In this document: one piece after another, positions 34,324 through 44,979 of the stretch
Numbering within the stretch: the stretch's first letter is position 1
Layout of the letters: every line of letters starts with the position of its first letter
Origin: an uncultured candidatus Porisulfidus sp.
Lineage (GTDB): Bacteria > Pseudomonadota > Gammaproteobacteria > Poriferisulfidales > Poriferisulfidaceae
Assembly (NCBI GenBank): GCA_965116025.1
Contig: OZ220480.1
Span: forward strand, 1,664,001 to 1,728,000
Direction of reading: 5' to 3'
Length of the DNA: 64,000 bases
The notes under the pieces: model-generated
What the model was told of the DNA's origin: nothing
What the model saw: the letters and a program-made list of their open reading frames with translations, nothing else
The model's database searches: none
Translations under genes and position numbers: made by a program

Positions 34324-36594
34324 ATGAGCGGCGCGTTCAGCGAGGAATTCGAGAGGGCCTTGTCGGAAGTCTGGCAGCTTGCCCGGGACCGTGGCCACGG
34401 CTACTTGACTCTGGAGCATGTCGCGCTCGCGGTCCTGAGCGAGCCTGCCGCGCAGGGGCTCTTTCGGGAGTATGAGATCGCCCTGTCGGTTTTTCAGGAT
34501 GAGCTGCTCGAGTTCATTGATCGCCATACGCCTCGCGTCAATGGAGTGTCTCGGAACGTGGAGGAGACGCGCGGCGTTAGCCGCGTGCAGGCGCGCGCCC
34601 AGATGATTTTCGAGATTCCGACTGGCGTGCATGTTCTGGAAATGCTGTTCGAGGAGCCGCAGGCGCACGCGGTGCAGTTGTTGCGGAAGCATGGCCTAGA
34701 ACGCGATCAAGTGTCTCAGTTTCGGGCGCGGATGGATCGCGTCCGGTTCAGCGCGCGGGAACCAGAACGACGGAAGCTGTCTCGTCGAGGCGATTCCACG
34801 GGATCCCGGACGCGCTCGCGATTCTCGATTGAACTCTGCGTGACCGATCTGAACGCGCGCGCGAAAGCGGGCGAGATCGACGCGCTAGTCGGGCGGCGCG
34901 ACGAAATGGCCCAGATCATCCGGACCTTGGGCCGAAGACGGAAAAACAATGTGGTTTTAGTTGGCGAGGCGGGCGTTGGAAAGACGGCCTTGGCCGAGGG
35001 GCTCGCCTGGCGAATCGTTCAAGGCGACGTTCCGAAGAGTCTGACTTCCTCTACGGTGCTGTCCCTGAACGTTGGCAATTTGGTCGCGGGAACCCGGTTT
35101 CGTGGTGATTTCGAGGAGCGTTTGAAGAATCTTCTGGATGAGCTGAAGAAGCGTCCTGACGCGATCTTGTTCATCGACGAGATTCATATGCTTGTGGGAG
35201 CGGGGTCCGCCTCCGGCATGGCCATGGACGCGGCGGATCAGCTCAAGCCCGTGCTGATATCGGAGGGATTTCGTTGCGTCGGCGCTACCACGCACCGCGA
35301 GTTTCGACAGGTTTTTGAGCGCGACTCCGCGCTGGCGCGGCGCTTCCGCCGGATTGAGGTCGAAGAGCCGTCGATCAAAGAGACCTGCCAGATTCTCGAA
35401 GGCTTGAAAGAAAGCTACGAGAGGCACCATCAGGTGACGTACGACGAAAGCGTGATCCGGGTGATCGCGGAACTGTCCGCTAGATATTTGCACGACCGGA
35501 TGTTGCCAGACAAAGCGGTAGATCTGATGGACGAGACTGGCTCCGGCTGTCGCTTGGAGCCGAAAGCTCCGACTCCCTATGTTGTGCGGGCGCGGGACGT
35601 GGAGCGCACGGTCTCGACCATGGCGCGTGTTCCAGAGCGTGCCGTCAGCTCATCCTCGGCGAAAGCCGTGTTGAATCTGGACCAAAAGCTCAAGGCGTTG
35701 GTTTTCGGCCAGAATGAGGCGATCAGCCAGTTGGCCCGGGCGATCAAGGTGTCGCGGGCCGATCTGAAACCGGAACGGCGTCCGATGGGGGCGTTTCTGT
35801 TCAGCGGTCCCACCGGGGTCGGCAAGACGGAGGTTTGCCGCCAGTTGGCGGAGGCCCTGTCGGTGGAGTTGCTGCGCTTCGACATGTCGGAGTACATGGA
35901 GCGGCATTCGGTGGCGCGCCTGATTGGCGCTCCGCCTGGCTACGTCGGCCACGACGAGGGAGGCCTGCTGACCGAGGCGGTTTCGCGCCATCCGCACGCG
36001 GTGCTGCTGCTCGACGAGTTGGAGAAAGCTCACTCGGACGTGCTGAACCTGTTGTTGCAAGTCATGGATTACGGCAGGCTAACCGACAGCAATGGCCGGT
36101 CTGTGGATTTTCGGAACCTGTTGCTGGTGATGACCTGCAACGTTGGGGCTGGGCAGTCCAGTCGCGCCAGCATGGGCTTCACGCCGCAGGACCATGGGAG
36201 CGACATCTCGCGCGAGATCGAGCGGGCGTTCGCGCCCGAGTTTCGAAATCGTTTGGACGCGATCATCCAGTTCGCTCCGCTAGACGAGCAGAGCGTATTG
36301 GCCGTGGTCGGAAAGTTTCTGGGGGAGATTCAAGATTCCTTGCGCGAGCGTGGCATCCGGCTGAAAGCGGACGTTCGCGCCCGACGCTGGCTGGCCCGGG
36401 AGGGATTTGACCCTGTCATGGGCGCGCGGCGCATGGAGCGCGTCCTGCGGGACTATATCCGCGTCCCTCTGGCCGACTGGATCCTGGACGGAACGCTGGT
36501 CAATGGCGGGACGGTCCGCCTAAGCGCGAACAAGGCGGGACTGCGCGTCCACGTGGAGTCGGCGCGCGAGGACGTGCCGGAAACGGTTCGCTAG
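34324..36594 (+). CDS. clpA: ATP-dependent Clp protease ATP-binding subunit ClpA
   Basis: Two AAA modules (GEAGVGKT, GPTGVGKT), RFDMSEYMERH, GAPPGYVG; 756 aa, no ClpB M-domain; adjacent to infA. Confidence 0.93.
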   Translation: MSGAFSEEFERALSEVWQLARDRGHGYLTLEHVALAVLSEPAAQGLFREYEIALSVFQDELLEFIDRHTPRVNGVSRNVEETRGVSRVQARAQMIFEIPTGVHVLEMLFEEPQAHAVQLLRKHGLERDQVSQFRARMDRVRFSAREPERRKLSRRGDSTGSRTRSRFSIELCVTDLNARAKAGEIDALVGRRDEMAQIIRTLGRRRKNNVVLVGEAGVGKTALAEGLAWRIVQGDVPKSLTSSTVLSLNVGNLVAGTRFRGDFEERLKNLLDELKKRPDAILFIDEIHMLVGAGSASGMAMDAADQLKPVLISEGFRCVGATTHREFRQVFERDSALARRFRRIEVEEPSIKETCQILEGLKESYERHHQVTYDESVIRVIAELSARYLHDRMLPDKAVDLMDETGSGCRLEPKAPTPYVVRARDVERTVSTMARVPERAVSSSSAKAVLNLDQKLKALVFGQNEAISQLARAIKVSRADLKPERRPMGAFLFSGPTGVGKTEVCRQLAEALSVELLRFDMSEYMERHSVARLIGAPPGYVGHDEGGLLTEAVSRHPHAVLLLDELEKAHSDVLNLLLQVMDYGRLTDSNGRSVDFRNLLLVMTCNVGAGQSSRASMGFTPQDHGSDISREIERAFAPEFRNRLDAIIQFAPLDEQSVLAVVGKFLGEIQDSLRERGIRLKADVRARRWLAREGFDPVMGARRMERVLRDYIRVPLADWILDGTLVNGGTVRLSANKAGLRVHVESAREDVPETVR

Positions 36595-36604
36595 GCGCCG
36601 GGCG

Positions 36605-36823
36605 TTATCGGGTACGGTAGACGATGCGTCCTTTGCTGAGATCGTACGGAGTCAGGGCCACCGTGACCTTGTCGCCCGTCAAGATGCGGATGTAATGCTT
36701 GCGCATCCTGCCAGAGATGTGGGCCGTCACGACGTGACCGTTCGTCAGCTCGACTCGAAACATGGTGTTGGGGAGGGTCTCGACGACCACTCCCTCCATC
36801 TCGATATGCTCCTCTTTCGGCAT
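36605..36823 (-). CDS. infA: Translation initiation factor IF-1
   Basis: [44 protein letters not shown]. Confidence 0.98.
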   Translation of the reverse strand: MPKEEHIEMEGVVVETLPNTMFRVELTNGHVVTAHISGRMRKHYIRILTGDKVTVALTPYDLSKGRIVYRTR

Positions 36824-36897
36824 GCTTTCCTTTGGAACGTTGGCACGCGCATTATCAGTCATGTCGGGCCGAATCCCAAATCCCGCGAGGCGACGCG

Positions 36898-37842
36898 ATG
36901 ACGTTCGCCTGCGCGTTCCCGGGGCAAGGCGCCCAGAAAGTCGGCATGCTGGCCGAGTTTTTCGAGGTGCGTCCCGAGGTTGAGGAGACCTTCAGCGAGG
37001 CTTCCGACGCGTTGGGCGAGGATTTGTGGAAATTGGCGAGCGAGGGCCCGGCCGAGCGGCTGGGCCAGACCCGGAACGCTCAGCCGGCGTTGCTGGCGGC
37101 GGAGATATCGATCTGGAGAATCTGGCGCCAGAGCGGAGGTCCGGCTCCCGCTTGCCTCGCGGGGCATAGCTTTGGAGAATACTCGGCTCTGGTGGCCGCC
37201 GAGGCTTTGGAGTTCTCCGCCGCCGCGCCACTGGTGCGTCGTCGGGGAGATCTGATGCAGCGCGCGGTCGGTGAGGGTGCTGGCGGTATGGCGGCCGTGC
37301 TTGGGCTGGAAGATGAAAGCGCGCGCGAGATCTGCGCGCGGATATCGTTGCCGAACGCGGTGGTCGAGGCCGCCAATTTCAACGCGCCAGGGCAGGTGGT
37401 GCTGTCCGGGCACCGGCAAGCGGTGGAACGGGCCGCGAAAGCTTGCCAAGAGGCCGGCGCCCGGCGCGCGGTGCTTCTGGATGTCAGCGTTCCCGCGCAC
37501 TGCGGCCTGATGCGAGCGGCGGTGGACCAATATGCGGAGGCTCTGGACGCGACGGCGTTCGCGCGCCCGAAAATCCCCGTCGTCAACAACGTCGACGCGC
37601 GTGTGGAAGAGGACCCCGTCCGTATCCGGGACGCGCTGCGTCGGCAGCTATTCTCGCCGGTGCGCTGGACGGATAGCGTGCGGGAAATGATGACGCGGGG
37701 CGTAAGCCTGCAGATCGAGATGGGACCGGGGAGGATTCTGACGGGGTTGGCCCGGCGCATTGACAAATCTATGCGCGGCCTCTGTCTTGAGACGCCGGAT
37801 GATTTGGAGCGCGCGCTGAAGGAGGTCGCGGATGAGGAATGA
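36898..37842 (+). CDS. fabD: Malonyl-CoA:ACP transacylase
   Basis: [33 protein letters not shown]. Confidence 0.96.
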   Translation: MTFACAFPGQGAQKVGMLAEFFEVRPEVEETFSEASDALGEDLWKLASEGPAERLGQTRNAQPALLAAEISIWRIWRQSGGPAPACLAGHSFGEYSALVAAEALEFSAAAPLVRRRGDLMQRAVGEGAGGMAAVLGLEDESAREICARISLPNAVVEAANFNAPGQVVLSGHRQAVERAAKACQEAGARRAVLLDVSVPAHCGLMRAAVDQYAEALDATAFARPKIPVVNNVDARVEEDPVRIRDALRRQLFSPVRWTDSVREMMTRGVSLQIEMGPGRILTGLARRIDKSMRGLCLETPDDLERALKEVADEE

Positions 37843-38569
37843 GAACGCTCTGGTGACCGGGGCCAGTCGAGGAATCGGCCAGGCCGTCGCGTTGGCTTTA
37901 GCGGAAAGCGGTGCCTATGTCACCGGAACCGCGACGACGCGGGAAGGGGCGCGACGAATCGATGATTTTCTAGAGAAAAAAGGCTTGCGGGGGATGGGAG
38001 AGGCCCTTCAGCTACAGGACGCGAGCTCCGTGAGCGAGTTGCTCGCGCGGCTGGCTGAGCGAGAGCGCATGCCGACTATCCTGGTGAACAACGCCGGCGT
38101 CACCCGCGACAACCTCCTCATGCGCATGAAGGACGAGGAATGGGACGAGGTGCTCAGCACTAATTTGAGCGGCGTATTCCGGCTGACTCGCGGTTGCTTG
38201 CGCGGGATGCTGAAGGCTCGACGCGGGCGCGTCATAAATCTGTCTTCCGTGATCGCCTTCACCGGCAATCCCGGCCAGACCAACTACGCGTCCACCAAGG
38301 CGGGACTGATCGGATTCACCAGGGCGCTGGCTCAGGAGGTTGGCGCGCGCGGGATCACGGTCAATTGCGTGGCGCCCGGGTTCATCGAGACCGATATGAC
38401 TCACGCGCTTCCCGACGAGCGGAGGGACGAGTTGCGGAACAGGATTCCGTTGCGACGCTTGGGCTCCGCCGCCGATGTCGCGGCCGCGGTCCTGTATCTC
38501 GCTGGAGATGGAGGAGAGTACATCACGGGGGAGACCCTGCACGTCAATGGAGGCATGTTTATGGGTTGA
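37832..38569 (+). CDS. fabG: 3-oxoacyl-ACP reductase
   Basis: [30 protein letters not shown]. Confidence 0.97.
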   Translation: MRNENALVTGASRGIGQAVALALAESGAYVTGTATTREGARRIDDFLEKKGLRGMGEALQLQDASSVSELLARLAERERMPTILVNNAGVTRDNLLMRMKDEEWDEVLSTNLSGVFRLTRGCLRGMLKARRGRVINLSSVIAFTGNPGQTNYASTKAGLIGFTRALAQEVGARGITVNCVAPGFIETDMTHALPDERRDELRNRIPLRRLGSAADVAAAVLYLAGDGGEYITGETLHVNGGMFMG

Positions 38570-38709
38570 TCGAGGCGCGGAGAGGCTTCGGGTCCACCGC
38601 GCCGGGTATTGCTATAATCCGACCCGGAATGTGGAATGGGACGCGCGCGCCGCGTCGCCCGCTTGCCGGCCTTCCGCGATTCGCCTATCAACTTGAGGAA
38701 ATAATCATA

Positions 38710-38952
38710 ATGAGCGACAACATCGAAGAACGGGTCATGAAGGTCGTTTCGGAGGGGCTGGGCCGTGACCGTAGCGAAATCGAGCTGTCGTCGGCGTTCG
38801 TCGAGGATCTAGGCGCCGACTCCTTGGACACGGTGGAACTGGTCATGGCGCTGGAAGAGGAGTTCGATCTCACGATTCCAGACGAGATGGCCGAGAACAT
38901 CAAGACCGTCCAGCAGGCGGTAGATTTCATTAAGGAAGGCTCCAGCGAATAA
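38710..38952 (+). CDS. acpP: Acyl carrier protein
   Basis: [20 protein letters not shown]. Confidence 0.98.
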   Translation: MSDNIEERVMKVVSEGLGRDRSEIELSSAFVEDLGADSLDTVELVMALEEEFDLTIPDEMAENIKTVQQAVDFIKEGSSE

Positions 38953-39077
38953 CCCGGGAAAACCCCCTCCCGGATCTTTGATCAGGCCAGAACGCCGCTT
39001 CCCAGCTAGAATTCTGGCGAACCCCGCAGAGTCCCGACCGACCGCATTGTCGCCCATGACCCGCTCCCGATTTCCAC

Positions 39078-40319
39078 ATGACTCGGCGTAGAGTCGCGGT
39101 GACTGGCTTGGGGCTGGTCTCTCCGGTTGGCTCGACGGTTTCCACGGCTTGGGAGAATCTGACGGCCGGGCGTAGCGGCGTTCGACCTATCACCCGCTTC
39201 GACTCGGCTGACTTCTCCGTTCGCATCTGCGGTTCGGTGGTCGACTTCAACGCTGACGATTACATCGCTCCCAAAGAGCAGAAGAAGATGGACGTTTTCA
39301 TTCACTACGGGATCGCCGCGGCCGTGGACGCTTTGCGGGATTCCGGGTTGGACGTCACGGAAGAGAACGCGCCGAACATCGGCGTGGCGATCGGCTCCGG
39401 CATCGGCGGATTGCCATGCATCGAGAACAATCATGGAAATTTCGCGAAATCCGGGCCCCGCAAGATCTCTCCATTTTTCGTCCCCAGCAGCATCATCAAC
39501 ATGGTTTCTGGCGATCTGTCCGTCATGCTCAATCTCAAGGGTCCCAACATCGCCGTGGTCTCGGCATGCGCCACGGGCACGCACAACATCGGGCTGGCCG
39601 CTCGAGCGATCGCTTGTGGGGATGCCGACGTGATGGTGGCGGGAGGCACCGAGATGGCCACGAGCCCACTTGGCGTCGGCGGCTTCGCCTCAGCCCGGGC
39701 GTTGTGCGCGTCGCATAACGATGATCCGGAAACCGCCTCGCGCCCTTGGGACGCCGGACGCGACGGCTTCGTTTTGGGCGAGGGGGCGGGCGTGGTCGTG
39801 CTTGAGGAGTACGAGATGGCGAAAACCCGAGGGGCTCGCGTCTATTGCGAGGTGGCGGGATTCGGGATGAACGGCGACGCCCATCACATGACCCAGCCAA
39901 GCCCGGGAGGGGAAGGAGCGGCTCGCTGCATGGGCCGGGCCTTGGAAGACGCTCAGCTCTCGCCGGAAAGCATCGATTACATCAACGCGCATGGAACCTC
40001 GACCCCGGCTGGCGACAAGGCGGAGACCGAGGCGATCAAGTCCGTGTTTGGGCATCACGCGAGAACGGTGGCGATCAGTTCCAACAAATCGATGATTGGG
40101 CACCTGCTGGGGGCCGCGGGCGGAGTCGAGGCGGTATTCAGCGCGTTGACCATCCACCACCGCGTGATTCCCCCGACCATTAACTACGAAACCCCAGACC
40201 CTGATTGCGATCTCGACTACGTTCCGAACGCGGCTCGCGAAGCGCGGGTGGACGTGGTCCTTTCGAATTCGTTCGGCTTCGGGGGAACGAACGGCAGTCT
40301 GGTCCTCAAGCGCGTTTGA
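39078..40319 (+). CDS. fabF: Beta-ketoacyl-ACP synthase II
   Basis: [34 protein letters not shown]. Confidence 0.97.
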   Translation: MTRRRVAVTGLGLVSPVGSTVSTAWENLTAGRSGVRPITRFDSADFSVRICGSVVDFNADDYIAPKEQKKMDVFIHYGIAAAVDALRDSGLDVTEENAPNIGVAIGSGIGGLPCIENNHGNFAKSGPRKISPFFVPSSIINMVSGDLSVMLNLKGPNIAVVSACATGTHNIGLAARAIACGDADVMVAGGTEMATSPLGVGGFASARALCASHNDDPETASRPWDAGRDGFVLGEGAGVVVLEEYEMAKTRGARVYCEVAGFGMNGDAHHMTQPSPGGEGAARCMGRALEDAQLSPESIDYINAHGTSTPAGDKAETEAIKSVFGHHARTVAISSNKSMIGHLLGAAGGVEAVFSALTIHHRVIPPTINYETPDPDCDLDYVPNAAREARVDVVLSNSFGFGGTNGSLVLKRV

Positions 40320-40349
40320 GCGAGGCCCTATCCAGATCGGGCCCTTTCC

Positions 40350-41159
40350 ATGGTTTTGGTTGACGGCGTCGCGCGAAGCCAGGTCGACGCGCTGGACCGC
40401 GGATTGCATTATGGTGACGGGCTATTCGAGACCTTGGCCGTGTTCGCGGGAGAGATCCGATGCTGGGAGGACCATTGGCGCCGTCTCGCGGAGGGATGTC
40501 GACGGCTCGGCTTCCCTTGTCCAAAACGGGACGTTTTGGAGCGCGAAGTTCGCGAACTGGGAAACGTCGCGGATCGCAAAGTCATCAAGATCCTGCTTAC
40601 CCGCGGCTCAGGACCGCGAGGCTATCGGTCCCCGTCGAGGGTTGTTCCTCGCAGAATATTGATCGCGAGTGATTGGCCGGACTATCCGCCGCGATACGCC
40701 CGAGAGGGCGTGCGCGCTCGGCTGTGCCAAACCCGGCTGGGCCATAACCCCACGCTAGCCGGCCTCAAGCACTGCAATCGGCTGGAGCAGGTGCTGGCTC
40801 GGCAAGAATGGCAGGATGAAGCGGAAGAAGGGCTGATGCTGGACGTGGACGGCAATCTCGTGGAGGGAACCATGAGCAACTTGTTTCTGGCGCGCGGGAG
40901 GGCTCTGGTGACGCCGGATCTGAGTCGATGCGGGGTGGCCGGAGTGACGCGGCGACGAATCCTCGACCAGGCGCCCGGGCTGGGCATCCCGGTGGAAGTC
41001 TCGGAGATCACTCTGGAGCGGGCGCGCGAGGCGGAAGCCATGTTTTTATGCAATACTCTGATCGGCCTGTGGCCGGTTCGCAGTTTCGCGGGGCGCGAAT
41101 ATCCGGTCTCTGACTTGTTGCCAGTCTTGCGCGCGATCGAAGGGCTGGAAGCGCCATGA
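40350..41159 (+). CDS. pabC: Aminodeoxychorismate lyase
   Basis: DRGLHYGDGLFET, GLKHCNRLEQVL, GVAGVTR. Confidence 0.94.
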   Translation: MVLVDGVARSQVDALDRGLHYGDGLFETLAVFAGEIRCWEDHWRRLAEGCRRLGFPCPKRDVLEREVRELGNVADRKVIKILLTRGSGPRGYRSPSRVVPRRILIASDWPDYPPRYAREGVRARLCQTRLGHNPTLAGLKHCNRLEQVLARQEWQDEAEEGLMLDVDGNLVEGTMSNLFLARGRALVTPDLSRCGVAGVTRRRILDQAPGLGIPVEVSEITLERAREAEAMFLCNTLIGLWPVRSFAGREYPVSDLLPVLRAIEGLEAP

Positions 41160-42154
41160 CCTCGCGTTATCTGCGCCTGGCCTGCATGTTGGCGTTTATC
41201 TCCACGGTCGCGCTGTGCGCGCACTTCTGGAACGCCTTGACTCGGCCCTCGATTCCAGCGGAGCGCGTGGTGGCGCTCACGGTCGAGAAGGGAGACAGTT
41301 TCACGCGGGTCGTGGACAAATTGCTCGAGCGAGAGGCCGTCGCTGGGCGGATCTACGCTTGGATCGCGGGGAAGGCGCTGGAAGCCGAGACGCGAATCAA
41401 GGCGGGAGAGTACGTTCTAGCGGGGCCAATGACGACCCTGATAGTTTTTCGGGAATTGATTGATGGGGGAGGGGTTTTGCATCGGCAGACTCTTTTCGAG
41501 GGTTGGACTATCCGCGAGATGCTCACGGCGCTCAAGAAGAATCCTGCCGTGAGGAATACGGAGAATCCTTTGACGCGACTCGGATTTTCCACAGTGGACG
41601 AGGCGGAGGGAGCCTGCCTTCCAGACACGTATAACCATTATCGGGGCGATCCGGACCACAAGATCCTGGAGCTGTGCGTCGCGGCGATGCGCGAGACTCT
41701 GGAAACTCTATGGGAAACTCGCGCTCCCGGCTTGCCGTACAGTGGCCCCCGGGACGCGTTGATCTTGGCATCCATCGTGGAGGCGGAAACCTTTCTGGAT
41801 GAGGAGCGTCCGGAAGTCGCGGGCGTTCTGGTTTCGCGCCTTCGCAAGAACATGCGTCTGCAGACGGATCCGACAGTCATCTATGGCCTTGGCTCGGACT
41901 TCGACAACAACCTGACTCGAAAACACCTTCGGGAGGATCCTTCGATCAATCCCTATAACACGTATCAGATTTACGGGCTGCCTCCAGGGCCGATCTGCAA
42001 TCCAGGCCGACGTTCTCTCGAGGCCGCGCTTCAGCCAGACCTGGAGACGGAGAACCTGTACTATGTGGCGGTCGGGGATGGTAGCCACTATTTCTCGAAA
42101 ACCTACGAGGAACACCGGAAAGCGGTTCGCAAGTACCAGTTGGGCGAGAGATAA
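41156..42154 (+). CDS. mltG: Endolytic transglycosylase MltG (YceG)
   Basis: LILASIVEAE, MRLQTDPTVIYG, PYNTY..GLPPGPI. Confidence 0.94.
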   Translation: MTSRYLRLACMLAFISTVALCAHFWNALTRPSIPAERVVALTVEKGDSFTRVVDKLLEREAVAGRIYAWIAGKALEAETRIKAGEYVLAGPMTTLIVFRELIDGGGVLHRQTLFEGWTIREMLTALKKNPAVRNTENPLTRLGFSTVDEAEGACLPDTYNHYRGDPDHKILELCVAAMRETLETLWETRAPGLPYSGPRDALILASIVEAETFLDEERPEVAGVLVSRLRKNMRLQTDPTVIYGLGSDFDNNLTRKHLREDPSINPYNTYQIYGLPPGPICNPGRRSLEAALQPDLETENLYYVAVGDGSHYFSKTYEEHRKAVRKYQLGER

Positions 42155-42780
42155 TGCCAAGAAAGCCTATGCTGGTTAGCCTGGAAGGCATTGATGGGGC
42201 TGGAAAATCCACGCATCTCCCGGCGCTCGTGGATTTGCTCGAGTCTCGCGGGATTCCTTGTCTGCCGACTCGGGAGCCCGGCGGGACGCGACTGGGGGAG
42301 CGCGTTCGGGAAATTCTGCTTTCCAAAGATTATGCTCCCTCAAGCGTGGAGGCGGAGTTGCTTTTGCTTTTCGCGGCGCGAGCGGAGCACGTTCACGCGC
42401 GCGTCAGGCCGGCCTTGGATAAAGGCTCATGGGTGCTGACGGACCGTTTTCTTGACGCGAGTTTCGCCTACCAGGGAGCGGGGCAAGGACTTGGCGTCGA
42501 GCGGGTCGGGGAGCTGGCTCAGTGGCTTCTTCCCGATCTCAGGCCGGATTTGGTTCTCGTTCTGGATGTCGACGTTTCCACGGCGCTGGAGCGCGTCCAG
42601 AAGCGCGAGAGGCGGCGAGACCGCTATGAAGAGAATGACGCGGAGTTCCTCTCTCGCGCGCGCCGATGCTATCTGGACCGAGCCGCGGCGCATCCAGACC
42701 GTTATCGAGTGGTGGATGCGAACCGCCCCGTGAATGATGTTCGCGAGGAGTTGTTATCGATCGTACGGGAAATGATCTGA
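42154..42780 (+). CDS. tmk: Thymidylate kinase
   Basis: EGIDGAGKST, TREPGGT, DRFLDAS.AYQG. Confidence 0.96.
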   Translation: MPRKPMLVSLEGIDGAGKSTHLPALVDLLESRGIPCLPTREPGGTRLGERVREILLSKDYAPSSVEAELLLLFAARAEHVHARVRPALDKGSWVLTDRFLDASFAYQGAGQGLGVERVGELAQWLLPDLRPDLVLVLDVDVSTALERVQKRERRRDRYEENDAEFLSRARRCYLDRAAAHPDRYRVVDANRPVNDVREELLSIVREMI

Positions 42781-43793
42781 TGCCTGAGCGGGAAATTCCG
42801 GCTTGGCTAGACCCGATCTGGGAGCGGTGGAGGACCGTCTATCTGGAGGGGCGATTGCCGCACGCGATATTAATTACGGGGCCGGCCGGAGTCGGCAAGC
42901 GCTGGCTGGTCGAGGCGTTCGTGCGCGGAGTTCAATGCCACGCTCCAACGGAGCGAGGATTGCCCTGTGGGGAATGTCCGTCGTGCAAGCAATACGTATC
43001 GCGCCACCAGCTCGAGAAAAAGTCCCATCCTGATATAGATTGGCTGACGGTCGCTCGCTACTCTATCGGAATTAACGATATCCGGGAGCAAGTCATCCAG
43101 AGACTGACCCTCAAGGCGAATTACGGGCGCATGAGGCTTTTGGTGATCGAGCCCGCCGAGAGAATGACCCGGGCGGCCTCGAACGCGTTGCTGAAAAGCC
43201 TTGAGGAGCCCCCTCCTAACACGGCGCTTTTCCTGATCAGCCACCAGCCAGGGCGCTTGCTGGCGACGATCCGCAGTCGTTGCCAGAAGTATGCCGTGCC
43301 GCAGCCGGGCCCGGAGCGGAGCGCGGAATGGCTTGCCAACTTCATGACTCTGGAGCAGGCCAAGGATACCCTGAAGGCTGGAGGCGGCATGCCGATGAGG
43401 GCTCTGGATATGCATCAGAGCGGACAGGTGGAGTTTCGGAATGAATTCGAGCAGGGCTTGCGCGAGGTTCTCACGGGGAAACTTTCGGAAACGGATTTCG
43501 CGAGCGAATGGAATTCTGGTGCCCAAGGCAAGCCGAAAAGCAAACAGGGGAGCGAGCGGGCGTGGGAAGATATCTCCATGGATTTGCGCTTGGTCTGGAT
43601 GATGGACCAGATCGTGGAAGAGGCGCGGAAGAGAGCATCCGAACGCGCTGTAGCGCGCGACTTCCGGGCTGTTCTGAACGCGTACCAGTGGCTGTTGGAG
43701 ATCCGGGCGAGAGAGGCGGCCATACCCGCGCCCCAGTTAAATCTGGAGGCGGCGTGCCTGGCGTTCGCGAGCGCCTTTCGGCGCGCTGGCTAG
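42780..43793 (+). CDS. holB: DNA polymerase III subunit delta'
   Basis: HA.L..GPAGVGK, C..CPSC, HPD, NALLKSLEEP, TIRSRC; follows tmk. Confidence 0.92.
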   Translation: MPEREIPAWLDPIWERWRTVYLEGRLPHAILITGPAGVGKRWLVEAFVRGVQCHAPTERGLPCGECPSCKQYVSRHQLEKKSHPDIDWLTVARYSIGINDIREQVIQRLTLKANYGRMRLLVIEPAERMTRAASNALLKSLEEPPPNTALFLISHQPGRLLATIRSRCQKYAVPQPGPERSAEWLANFMTLEQAKDTLKAGGGMPMRALDMHQSGQVEFRNEFEQGLREVLTGKLSETDFASEWNSGAQGKPKSKQGSERAWEDISMDLRLVWMMDQIVEEARKRASERAVARDFRAVLNAYQWLLEIRAREAAIPAPQLNLEAACLAFASAFRRAG

Positions 43794-44929
43794 AGGTCGC
43801 CGTCGAGAATCTCCTGTAGAGTCTCCAGCGCGCGTTGCAGAGAGGCTTCTGGAGTGTAGAAATGCGGAGAGAAGCGGATCCCCCCGCCGCGCGCCGCGCA
43901 GAGAACGCCGCGCTCCAACAGTTTCTCACACACCTTTCCGCTCTCATGGCGGGGAGTGGAGAACGTCAGAATCCCGGCGCGTCGGGAGGGGTTGGCAGGG
44001 GTTAGGATTTTGCAACCCAAGGTGCGCAGGGCCTGATCGATCTGCCGCACCCGGTCCGCTATGCGCTCCTCGACCTCCGTCATGCCAACCTCGCGCAGCA
44101 AGTCTAAGCTGGCTCGCAGAGCATGGATTCCCAGCGTGTTCAAGCTCCCGCACTCGAACCGGCGAGCATCTGGAGATATTTCCCAGGTCGCTTGGTCATA
44201 CTGCCCGGCCTGCGCGACCATGTGCCAGCCGTATTGCGATAGTCTCAGCCGTTCATACAAATCTGGGCGAACCCAGAACAACGCGACGCCCTCCGGTCCC
44301 AGCATCCATTTGTGGGCATCCGCGGTGAGAAAATCGATTTCGCTGTCGCGCGCGCTGATCCTGTGCGCGCCTAGGCTTTGAATCGCGTCGACGAAGAATA
44401 GGGTAGGGATGCCGCGCAGGGCATGGCCCAGCCGAGAAAGGTTCATCTTGAGCCCAGATCCATATTGCACTGAACTGGTCGTCAGGACCCGAGTGCGCGA
44501 ATCCACCTGATCGAGCAGCGCTTCCTCCGGGCAATCCGCCGTGTCGACATCCACTCGTCGAATCTCGATCGAATGCCGCGCGGCTACTGCCTCCCATGGT
44601 ATCCGGTTCGAGGGAAACTCTTCCCGCGCCAGAACGACATTGTCTCCCGGTTGCCAGTCCAGTCCGAACGCCACGGTGGAAATTCCTTCCGATGTGTTCT
44701 TGAGGAAAGCGATCTCGTCTTTCGAATCCACGTCCATCAGCCAACAGCCAAGTTCGCGCAATTTTTCTTCCTCGCGCAGCCACGCGTCGTAACGCCGGGT
44801 GCTCCAGCCCGCGTTTTCGTACGCGAATCGAGTCACGGCCTTGACGGCCGCCCTCGGCCAAGGAGCGACTCCAGCATGGTTCAAGTGAACCAGGTCTGGA
44901 TTCAGCTCAAATAATTCGCTGTACGACAT
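43790..44929 (-). CDS. Class V PLP aminotransferase / cysteine desulfurase-like enzyme
   Basis: LNHAGV, DAIQSLG, DAHKWMLGPEG, RFSPHFY. Confidence 0.85.
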   Translation of the reverse strand: MSYSELFELNPDLVHLNHAGVAPWPRAAVKAVTRFAYENAGWSTRRYDAWLREEEKLRELGCWLMDVDSKDEIAFLKNTSEGISTVAFGLDWQPGDNVVLAREEFPSNRIPWEAVAARHSIEIRRVDVDTADCPEEALLDQVDSRTRVLTTSSVQYGSGLKMNLSRLGHALRGIPTLFFVDAIQSLGAHRISARDSEIDFLTADAHKWMLGPEGVALFWVRPDLYERLRLSQYGWHMVAQAGQYDQATWEISPDARRFECGSLNTLGIHALRASLDLLREVGMTEVEERIADRVRQIDQALRTLGCKILTPANPSRRAGILTFSTPRHESGKVCEKLLERGVLCAARGGGIRFSPHFYTPEASLQRALETLQEILDGDL

Positions 44930-44979
44930 GGATCACTCGGTTATACTTTGACCGTCACCATACGGGCGATATCGCGGTC

